In this document: positions 17,711-24,582 of the stretch, piece after piece | Position numbering within the stretch: position 1 is the stretch's first letter | Layout of the letters: every line of letters starts with the position of its first letter | From: a virus | Taxonomy: Duplodnaviria; Caudoviricetes | Virus record (IMG/VR): IMGVR_UViG_3300020399_000008 | Span: 1-24,582 of that record | Length of the DNA stretch: 24,582 nucleotides | Reading direction: 5' to 3' (one strand) | Position numbers and translations under genes: made by a program | Notes under the pieces: generated by a model | Told to the model about the DNA's origin: nothing | The model's database searches: none | Seen by the model: the letters and a program-made list of their open reading frames with translations, nothing else

Positions 17711-18603
17711 TTACAGAATTTAAACCTGAACCAAAAGATAGTTTTATTGATGGCATTAAACCACGCGGTTATGTTCACTGGGAATTACTCGATGAAGAGG
17801 ACAATATTATTGAACGTGGATATGGAGTGGGATCACAATGGTGGTTAAAGTTTATTCCCAAATTTCTACATAAATTTTTACCTTATGGAAAACAGAACGC
17901 TATTGTTAATGTTTCTAGGAAGCGTATTACTGATTGGGTGGCAGGTGGTTCTGCTCCTCCTGTACCTAACTATGTTGCAGTAGGAACAGGTGCTACACCA
18001 GTAGCCGCCGCAGATACCGCCCTAGAAAATGCTGTTCCATATACAGGAGTCACAGCTACAGCAAAAATAGCTGATACCACTTCTGTATTCGGAGAGATGG
18101 CTGTAAGGTATGTTACTTCATTTAATACTAATGAAATAACTACAGGTGCAAGTGATGTAGATATTAAAGAATTTGGTCTTTTTACAGGCACAGATTTATC
18201 AACAGCAGATATGTGGGCAAGAGTAAATGTTAATATTACTAAAACACCACAACAAAAAGTAAACATCTATTGGTATCTAGTTTTTGAAAGGAGGACAGGA
18301 TTGGCTATTAAAAGTGGAGAGAGCATTGGAGCAACAGGTTCAATAACTGCTAATACAGCTAGTACCTTATCCTTTGCATCTCAAGTAACAATATGTACGA
18401 TTCATAACAATACAGGACAACCATTGTATGTAAAACTAAATGGTGTTTTAGTAGGAACGCCACCAACAAACTATGACTTTATATTACTAGATGGTCAAAG
18501 TTATCTTCAGAGTGATGAAGAAATCGCTATTAATACTGTTGGTGTATACGTTAACGCTACTATCACTATGCCTAGTAATACAATAGTTGTGAGGGGGTGG
18601 TAA
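17701..18603 (+). CDS. Tail collar/baseplate protein with a C-terminal beta-sandwich domain
   Basis: NAIVN...YVAVGTGATPVAAADTALEN...IKEFGLF...MWAR motif of tail-collar fibre N-terminal domains. Start may be 17707. Confidence 0.7.
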   Translation: MGMITEFKPEPKDSFIDGIKPRGYVHWELLDEEDNIIERGYGVGSQWWLKFIPKFLHKFLPYGKQNAIVNVSRKRITDWVAGGSAPPVPNYVAVGTGATPVAAADTALENAVPYTGVTATAKIADTTSVFGEMAVRYVTSFNTNEITTGASDVDIKEFGLFTGTDLSTADMWARVNVNITKTPQQKVNIYWYLVFERRTGLAIKSGESIGATGSITANTASTLSFASQVTICTIHNNTGQPLYVKLNGVLVGTPPTNYDFILLDGQSYLQSDEEIAINTVGVYVNATITMPSNTIVVRGW

Positions 18604-19125
18604 ATGGCTGTAACCATTGTTCCATCATTACTACATGCAGGTGCTGTATCTGCTACAGCTTTTGAGATAACAGGTGGAGGGGGAATAGAAATAAACCCTG
18701 CTACTGCTGTTGATTCTAAGATTCAGTTTAAACTTCAAGGTACGAATCATTTCACTATGGGAGTAGATGAATCTACACCTAATAATGATTGGGTGTTAAG
18801 TCTAGGTTCTGCATTAGGAACTAATAATGTTTGGTCTGTAGATGGCGTATCAGGAGTAATTTCTTTTACTGGTGGGTTAAGCTATGCAGGAACAGATTGG
18901 ACAGGCAATACAATTACTGAAGGGTATGGAGGAACTAACCAAACTACATATACTCAGGGAGATTTATTATATTCATCTGCATCTAACACATTAGCTAAGT
19001 TAGCTTTGGGAAATGCAGGAGATCAGTTAAAAGTTAATGGAGCAGGAAATCAAGTTGCTTGGGAAGCTGCTCCTGCAAGTGGTGCATCAGTTGGTTTAGT
19101 CGCTGCTTTAGCAATAGTTTTTTAA
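18604..19125 (+). CDS. Short tail fibre protein
   Basis: GGTNQTTYTQGDLLYSS...LAKL.LG.AGDQL...W fibre repeat unit; hydrophobic C-terminal helix GLVAALAIVF. Confidence 0.7.
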   Translation: MAVTIVPSLLHAGAVSATAFEITGGGGIEINPATAVDSKIQFKLQGTNHFTMGVDESTPNNDWVLSLGSALGTNNVWSVDGVSGVISFTGGLSYAGTDWTGNTITEGYGGTNQTTYTQGDLLYSSASNTLAKLALGNAGDQLKVNGAGNQVAWEAAPASGASVGLVAALAIVF

Positions 19126-19135
19126 GGAGAATTAA

Positions 19136-19516
19136 ATGGCAAATCCACCAGACATAATTAATGTTGCTCATATCTATGGTGAAGAACAACAGACTAGGTT
19201 AGACGTTATAACCTCTTTGGATATTATGGATGCAGTTCCCACGAATTACACCCATAAAGTTAATACTATAATCGTTGCGAATATTGATGGTGCTAATAAC
19301 TGTGACGTTAATATTGCGATTGATAAGAACGGAACTCTACGCTATCTCGCTTACACTATTACCATTCCAGCAGATTCGGCTCTCAGCTTAATTGATACTC
19401 CGATATATATAAGCCACAATGCAAGCGGAACAGGAAATAAATTAGTAGCGTTTGCTCAGACTGCGGATGACCTTGACGTTACCGTAAGTTGGGAAGCCAT
19501 CACGGATGTTGCCTAA
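19136..19516 (+). CDS. Fibre-associated small beta-sandwich (adaptor-like) protein
   Basis: AAGGAG RBS; MANPPDIINV...KVNTIIVANIDG...YLAYTITIPADS pattern, recalled as common in aquatic phage fibre cassettes. Confidence 0.6.
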   Translation: MANPPDIINVAHIYGEEQQTRLDVITSLDIMDAVPTNYTHKVNTIIVANIDGANNCDVNIAIDKNGTLRYLAYTITIPADSALSLIDTPIYISHNASGTGNKLVAFAQTADDLDVTVSWEAITDVA

Positions 19517-20355
19517 TGCCCAATTACCGAATCCCAAGTAACAGCGATGACGATGCCAATGGCATATGGAAAATGAACGCTGTCCAAAGAGCCAGAAAAG
19601 GTGATGAATGGCCTGACCCTTTTGTCCCTGCCGCTCTTTCTCAATACTATATTAAAAGATTTGTTGGGTGGAATGTTTCTATTATAGATGGGGTAAGTAC
19701 CAATCCTCTTACTGATGCCATTTGTCGGAGTACATGGGGCAATACGGCGGGGGGAAATGCTTGCGATGCTATCTCTTTTGCCATGTGGGACAACGGTGGA
19801 TATTCCCCACATACAGATTATCTGTTAAATAAAATTAGTGTTTGGTGTGGAGATAGTCATTGGATGAATGGTTCAAATAACACTAATCAAGTCTCAATGA
19901 TTATTAGGGTTTATCAGAGTACATATACTGGGTATAACAAAGTCTACGACTCAGGAACAGTTACTCGACATTGGCGGTCTGCTTATGATGGAGCGGTGAA
20001 CTATAGAGCATTGTGCATGATAGATATGCCTGCCAACACTATCGCTCCATATGAAGCAGAGGGGGTAATGTTGGATGTCAATACTACATACACAGTTGGG
20101 TTTTCAGTTCAATCTGGTAGCACTAGTTGGTCAGGAGCTGCTTGGACTGATGGAAGCGGAGTTGGGGATGTGGGTTCTCTTAATAATGCAATTACATTGT
20201 CTAGTGGTGCAGGAATCAATATGCAGAATTGGAATGTAGTTGGCTTTCATGGGGTAAATGGTTTTGGAGCGTCCCAAGGAACAACAGGGTGGACTGGAAA
20301 CGTGTCAAGCACTATGGGACATTTGCCAGTTTTAGGAGCGAAGTTTTGGGTTTAA
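19516..20355 (+). CDS. Putative adhesin/receptor-binding tip protein, paralog 1
   Basis: Start moved to ATG 19516 (TAATG coupling, same frame as 19489). N-terminal RIP...DANGIWKMN...GDEWP; body rich in G/N/W/Y. Confidence 0.6.
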   Translation: MPNYRIPSNSDDDANGIWKMNAVQRARKGDEWPDPFVPAALSQYYIKRFVGWNVSIIDGVSTNPLTDAICRSTWGNTAGGNACDAISFAMWDNGGYSPHTDYLLNKISVWCGDSHWMNGSNNTNQVSMIIRVYQSTYTGYNKVYDSGTVTRHWRSAYDGAVNYRALCMIDMPANTIAPYEAEGVMLDVNTTYTVGFSVQSGSTSWSGAAWTDGSGVGDVGSLNNAITLSSGAGINMQNWNVVGFHGVNGFGASQGTTGWTGNVSSTMGHLPVLGAKFWV

Positions 20356-20364
20356 GGATAAATT

Positions 20365-21108
20365 ATGCCAAGAATTCCTAACAGTTCAGACGCATCATCT
20401 ATGTGGAAAATGAATGATGCTTATTTAGCAAGGCTAGGAAATGAGTGGCCTGAAGTTCCTGTACCTGAACAAGTTGCATTTTCAAGAGGTACGTCAGGGG
20501 CGTTGGCAGGTATATATGAAGGTTTATCTAATGGAGATGGAAGCAATATTGGGTCGGGTTCTCCAATGCTTAATGGATGGGGATTTGCTACTAATAGTGT
20601 AGATTACCTTACCTTTCAGGTTGCTCAACCATCAGGGTGGCCTTCAACCCCTTATACCCTCGACTGGATAATGGTTACTCCACCTACTGGTGGTGGGTCG
20701 AATTACGTGGGTGGTATGTTGCTCCGAATTACCACAGGAACAGATTTAGTCAATAATATTGTTTATGATGGGAATATTCCTGTGACCTTGGTAGTGGGTA
20801 GTCAAACTTATCAAAAGGTGGATATCCCCCCGACAGGAAGTATCGCAGGGAATACTAATTTCTTTATGAATACTGACTATAATATTGGGATATCTTGGGA
20901 TACAACTTGGCCTACTAGTGGTGGTTATTTTAGTGGTACAGGCGGACAGACAAGAAGTAATCAGACTCTGACTGATGGTAGAGCCATTTATATGAATTGG
21001 CATAATAATGTTTCTTCATCAGGGGGCGGTTGGAAAAACAATAACCAAACGACCCCAACTGGAAGCATGTATGGACAGTTATTTTTATTTGGAGCAGGAT
21101 TTCTGTAA
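20365..21108 (+). CDS. Putative adhesin/receptor-binding tip protein, paralog 2
   Basis: N-terminal RIPNSSDASSMWKMN...GNEWP; body rich in G/N/T/W. Confidence 0.6.
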   Translation: MPRIPNSSDASSMWKMNDAYLARLGNEWPEVPVPEQVAFSRGTSGALAGIYEGLSNGDGSNIGSGSPMLNGWGFATNSVDYLTFQVAQPSGWPSTPYTLDWIMVTPPTGGGSNYVGGMLLRITTGTDLVNNIVYDGNIPVTLVVGSQTYQKVDIPPTGSIAGNTNFFMNTDYNIGISWDTTWPTSGGYFSGTGGQTRSNQTLTDGRAIYMNWHNNVSSSGGGWKNNNQTTPTGSMYGQLFLFGAGFL

Positions 21109-21118
21109 GGATTAATTA

Positions 21119-21874
21119 ATGGCAAGACAACCGAATACGACAGATGCTAAAGGGGTTTGGAATGTAACTCGTCCTAATCAGCAAAGGAATGCTGAGTATG
21201 GGGAAAGGTGGCCTCCCACTCAAACATTCCCACCCGATTATGCTGATGGATATGTGGCAAGATTTACTGGATACGGTAGTGGAAACACAGACACCCAAAC
21301 CGCATATGTCAATAATTGGCTTAGATATCTAGGTGCAAATTCTTTCAATGCTATAACTGTCAGATGTACGACTCATGATTGGACTCTCCAAAGGTTTTTT
21401 CATGGTATGGGAATGGATGGTTACGGTGGGGCTTTCTATGCTAGATGTACAGTTTGGGCAGGCGAGCAAGTTAACAATGGAACAGTTATGGAAGATAGCG
21501 GAAACCAATCTTATAACTTGGGGTGGGTTTGGAGTCCCACAAGGGCGATTAAATTAGGAGTTGCCACTAGCTATGGAGATGGGACTGCTGTCTTAACTCA
21601 GAACCAATGGTACACAGTTGGAGTTTCTTATTATGCGACTGCTACAGCAAGATGCGGAACTTGGTATGGAGGAAATGGATATGGTAGTTCCCTGACATCT
21701 GTATCAATGACCTGTTCGGCATCTAACGCAGATGGAACAACTACTCTGACATCTTCATGGGAATTTAAATCAGCCGGACATTCCTACCTTAGCGGTCAAT
21801 GGGCTCAAAACGACACAAGTAGTGCAAACCAAGGCCCAATCGGTGCGTTACAAGTAAAGGTATGGAAACCGTAA
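21119..21874 (+). CDS. Putative adhesin/receptor-binding tip protein, paralog 3
   Basis: N-terminal RQPNTTDAKGVWNV...GERWP; body rich in G/T/Y/W. Confidence 0.6.
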   Translation: MARQPNTTDAKGVWNVTRPNQQRNAEYGERWPPTQTFPPDYADGYVARFTGYGSGNTDTQTAYVNNWLRYLGANSFNAITVRCTTHDWTLQRFFHGMGMDGYGGAFYARCTVWAGEQVNNGTVMEDSGNQSYNLGWVWSPTRAIKLGVATSYGDGTAVLTQNQWYTVGVSYYATATARCGTWYGGNGYGSSLTSVSMTCSASNADGTTTLTSSWEFKSAGHSYLSGQWAQNDTSSANQGPIGALQVKVWKP

Positions 21875-21883
21875 GGAGTTTTT

Positions 21884-22201
21884 ATGGCAATAGTAATATG
21901 CTCAGAAGAAGAAATGTATCTGGATGAATCTAACCCTGTTTCTGTTTGGACATTTCCCGATTATGTTGTTATTAAGGAACAGTTCTGTAAAGACCCTGAC
22001 GATAATACTTTTGTAACAATCGGGCTTGGAGGTGGAACAGAGATTACAAAAGCAGAGTTAAAAACTAGAGCATTAGATATTCATACACGCTACCCATTTC
22101 AACAGCCTAACCCCTTGGTAGACCCAGAGATTTTGGTAAGAACAGATGCTGAAGTGGAAACTATGGTTGACGATTGGTGTACTTCAAAGAACGTATCTTA
22201 A
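21884..22201 (+). CDS. Hypothetical acidic protein (possible fibre chaperone)
   Basis: AAGGAG RBS; follows the tip paralogs. Confidence 0.65.
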   Translation: MAIVICSEEEMYLDESNPVSVWTFPDYVVIKEQFCKDPDDNTFVTIGLGGGTEITKAELKTRALDIHTRYPFQQPNPLVDPEILVRTDAEVETMVDDWCTSKNVS

Positions 22202-22232
22202 AGTATAATAAACCGAAAGAGAGAGGTTCATT

Positions 22233-22418
22233 ATGAATTGGATAGGAAAAATACGACCACAAATATTTCTTGCATTAGTTACACTTGGAGTTATCGCAGT
22301 TTTGGGAATCAGCAATGAAATGACTGAAGTTACTGTTGGCTGTATCGCAGGTATTATTGCGTTAGCAAAAGATGTTTTGCAAAGTGACTCTGGGAATAGT
22401 GATGGAGGTGCAGGGTAA
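22233..22418 (+). CDS. Holin-like protein with two transmembrane helices
   Basis: Two hydrophobic helices (IFLALVTLGVIAVLGI; VTVGCIAGIIALA); GAGG RBS; position after the tail genes. Confidence 0.6.
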   Translation: MNWIGKIRPQIFLALVTLGVIAVLGISNEMTEVTVGCIAGIIALAKDVLQSDSGNSDGGAG

Positions 22419-22439
22419 CTACTTGAAGGAGAATAGTAG

Positions 22440-22652
22440 ATGGCAATTTTGGACAAAGATGCTGAAAGGATTTTTGGAAAAATAGAAGAAATAGAAAACT
22501 CAATTAGAATATTAAAGACAAACGATTTACATCACATAAGTTTAAAATTAAAACAATTGGAGGGTAATCAAAAATGGATTAGAAGTTTATTGCTAGGAAC
22601 AATGTTTGTAATAGTAGCTTCTGCCATTGGAATTATATTTAGTAATGTTTGA
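22440..22652 (+). CDS. Coiled-coil protein with C-terminal transmembrane helix (XhlA-like architecture)
   Basis: Heptad region, NDLHHI motif, then KWIRSLLLGTMFVIVASAIGIIF. AAGGAG RBS. Confidence 0.65.
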   Translation: MAILDKDAERIFGKIEEIENSIRILKTNDLHHISLKLKQLEGNQKWIRSLLLGTMFVIVASAIGIIFSNV

Positions 22653-22806
22653 TGTTTTTTCTCCTAAAATTTTCATGTCACTCAGGCGGTTAATAAAGGC
22701 TTGTCGTGATACTGAGAACAAGGAGAGGTTCACGAGTGAGGAGCAAAGTGAAGTAATGAAAGCATCTTGGGAATTAGTTAAAGTCATAAGAGGAGAGAGG
22801 AAATGA
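22645..22806 (+). CDS. Hypothetical protein, 53 aa (not in the ORF track)
   Basis: MFDVFSPKIFMSLRRLIKACRDTENKERFTSEEQSEVMKASWELVKVIRGERK. Overlaps the previous stop and ends in an ATGA overlap with 22803. Confidence 0.6.
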   Translation: MFDVFSPKIFMSLRRLIKACRDTENKERFTSEEQSEVMKASWELVKVIRGERK

Positions 22807-22997
22807 CTACTGAAGAAAAAGAAATTGAAACAGTAGGGATTACAGATGACGATCTGCAAAAACTTTTTGCCGTTAACCCTATAGCCCTAGAGCAAGTTAA
22901 GCGAATCATAGGCGAGAGAGTGATAGACGAGCAGGATAATAAGATCAAATTATTGGAAGAAGAATTGCGTAAGTATAACGAACAGGGGAGTATCTAA
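22803..22997 (+). CDS. Small coiled-coil hypothetical protein
   Basis: GAGG RBS; helical and E/K-rich. Confidence 0.7.
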   Translation: MTTEEKEIETVGITDDDLQKLFAVNPIALEQVKRIIGERVIDEQDNKIKLLEEELRKYNEQGSI

Positions 22998-23893
22998 TGC
23001 CTTCAAGTACACCAGTAACCGCAGGTGATCCTGTAAAAGCATCTCAATACAATAGTCTTGTTACTGATATGACTACCATTGAGACTGATATGGCTACGCT
23101 AGATACTGATCTAACTGCTGACATGGCTACGTTAGAAACTAGTGTAAATAGTTCTATTGCTGATCTTGAAGCACAAACAGAATTACTTTTGCTTAATACT
23201 AAAGTTGATTTACGAGTTATTGATTGGTCAAATAACCTAGCAAGCGGAAGAGGTTATAACTATACCTACAATAACAATTCTGCTATAACCCAAAATACAG
23301 GGTTAGGGCAAATGAATTCTTACGAGGGTAATGGGGGATGGGCAGGAACGGCAGGATGGGATGGGTGGGGAACAGTTAATGGAACAAGTTCTTGGGTATG
23401 GTCTATGAGTACAAGTTTAAATTCCAGTTGTACAACTCAAGCGTCTTGGGGATTAGCAACAAATGGAGCATGGAGTAACTCTATACAATACGGCATAACA
23501 TCAAGCACTAGTTATGGTTATACACTATTTAGACATAACGGTGCAGATTTACATTTATATGCAGTAACTAGAGCCTCTAGTGCAGATACGGAAGAAGTAG
23601 AAGATTTAGGATTAACGTCAAGTATATCTGCTTATGTGGGAAGCAGAATACATCTTAAAATTATTAAAGATAATTTTTCTCCAACTCCTGGAGTTAAATA
23701 TTATATTAATGGAGTTTTAGTTGCATCTCATCTTCATGCAAATAGTTCAGGAAATAATCAATATAATAACTTTACTGGACAATGGGATATGGGAATGGGG
23801 AACAGTAATTTAAATAATACTCAACCTTCATCGGGTGCTAATCAGTGGATTACATATGCCAACCCAATGCACTGTGCAATCTTAACAACTTAA
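22997..23893 (+). CDS. Putative spike/receptor-binding protein: coiled-coil stalk plus ConA/LamG-like domain
   Basis: VTAGDPVKASQYNSL anchor, TDMxTL heptads, C-terminal HLKI...VKYYINGVLVASH motif. Confidence 0.6.
   Translation: MPSSTPVTAGDPVKASQYNSLVTDMTTIETDMATLDTDLTADMATLETSVNSSIADLEAQTELLLLNTKVDLRVIDWSNNLASGRGYNYTYNNNSAITQNTGLGQMNSYEGNGGWAGTAGWDGWGTVNGTSSWVWSMSTSLNSSCTTQASWGLATNGAWSNSIQYGITSSTSYGYTLFRHNGADLHLYAVTRASSADTEEVEDLGLTSSISAYVGSRIHLKIIKDNFSPTPGVKYYINGVLVASHLHANSSGNNQYNNFTGQWDMGMGNSNLNNTQPSSGANQWITYANPMHCAILTT
23063..23137 (+). repeat. Degenerate 21-nt coding tandem repeat (heptad TDMxTxE/D)
   Basis: actgatatgactaccattgag / actgatatggctacgctagat / (actgatctaact) / gctgacatggctacgttagaa. 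Confidence 0.75.
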
Positions 23894-23903
23894 AGGAATA
23901 GAT

Positions 23904-24158
23904 ATGTCTAAATATACATCTTTTATGGATGCGAATGTTTTATATTTATTAACTGGAAAACATTATCGAGTTGATCAAAATGCTTCTATTGTTGAGATAA
24001 CTCCAATAGATGCTAGTGATACAGATGCACAATCAGTCCTAGATACTTTAGTTGCAAAGATGGGATTATATAAATTAGCAGATGAACATGAGGAAAAAGC
24101 ATTAGAAGAATTTATGGATGGAACAGCAATTAGCGATGCCGTTACACGCAGAGGTTAA
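23904..24158 (+). CDS. Hypothetical small acidic protein
   Basis: AAGGA RBS; last + strand gene. Confidence 0.7.
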   Translation: MSKYTSFMDANVLYLLTGKHYRVDQNASIVEITPIDASDTDAQSVLDTLVAKMGLYKLADEHEEKALEEFMDGTAISDAVTRRG

Positions 24159-24529
24159 ATTATAGGAGACTTGGAACCCCCTAGACTAATTCCTCTTCCA
24201 CCTGATCGCCTGTTAATATTAAGCATGTCTATAGAATTAAAGTAATGTTTAACCTCACAACACTTTATGCAAACTCCTCTACTGGTTTTGCCATTTGGAG
24301 TATCAATTGTAAAAAAATGTTGATGTTCAGGAATTGGAAAAATTTCTTCTTCTGTGACTCGACCATCTCTATATTTCTGCAACCAAGAGAAAACAGTGCC
24401 TTCTGACAGCCCCATATAGAGCTGTATTTCTTTCGCAGTAAGTCCATGTACCTCTAAGCCATTAATAACTCCATATTTAACAGAGCCATTAATTTTACTG
24501 TTGTTTTTCATCTTTCTTTTTAATCTCAC
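24155..24529 (-). CDS. HTH plus zinc-ribbon-like protein
   Basis: GLTAKEIQLYMGLSEGTVFSWL is a helix-turn-helix; HxH...CxxC follows (HQHFFTIDTPNGKTSRGVCIKC). Start is GTG 24529 or ATG 24511. Stop overlaps the + strand stop at TTAA. Confidence 0.75.
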   Translation of the reverse strand: MRLKRKMKNNSKINGSVKYGVINGLEVHGLTAKEIQLYMGLSEGTVFSWLQKYRDGRVTEEEIFPIPEHQHFFTIDTPNGKTSRGVCIKCCEVKHYFNSIDMLNINRRSGGRGISLGGSKSPII

Positions 24530-24582
24530 TTAACTTTATATATTCGTATTGTTTCCCTTCTGAAAATACTTGTTCTAATTCT

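Larger units (their letters stand above)
1..24582. mobile_element. Tailed phage genome segment (packaging, head, tail, lysis modules); phage versus prophage cannot be decided
   Basis: Terminase, portal, capsid, tail tube, tape measure and tail fibre genes in canonical order. No host genes, integrase or att site seen. Confidence 0.97.

Noticed and set aside
22181-22209. Promoter at TATAAT 22204-22209
   Set aside because: No convincing -35 element at a suitable spacing.
473-22859. Short minus-strand ORFs and alternate-frame ORFs (for example 1500..1730, 21375..21557)
   Set aside because: They shadow well-supported + strand genes and show no motifs.
19516-23893. Diversity-generating retroelement acting on the tip proteins
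   Set aside because: No reverse transcriptase and no template/variable repeat pair seen in the window.
1-24582. CRISPR arrays, tRNA/rRNA genes, integrase, tail sheath
   Set aside because: None recognisable; intergenic gaps are all short.
1-24582. Possible avoidance of CCWGG sites
   Set aside because: Impression only; needs an observed/expected k-mer count.

Overview
The whole window is the packaging, head, tail and lysis region of a tailed dsDNA phage (Caudoviricetes). It is AT-rich and looks like a siphovirus, since no tail sheath gene is visible. Nearly all genes are on the + strand and tightly coupled by TAATG stop/start overlaps. Gene order: partial beta-rich protein, terminase small subunit, thermonuclease, terminase large subunit split into two genes around two small membrane-protein ORFs, portal, fused protease-scaffold-major capsid, small head/neck genes, tail tube, an inserted MerR-like HTH gene, tail assembly chaperone pair with a -1 frameshift site, tape measure, tail tip, a fibre/adaptor cassette with three paralogous tip proteins, holin-like genes, a second spike gene, and a convergent HTH/zinc-ribbon gene. 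The most unusual points are the split terminase, the three adhesin-like paralogs sharing only an N-terminal docking motif, nested internal starts, and the inverted-repeat-rich MerR insertion. All product calls rest on motif recognition and gene order; no searches were run.
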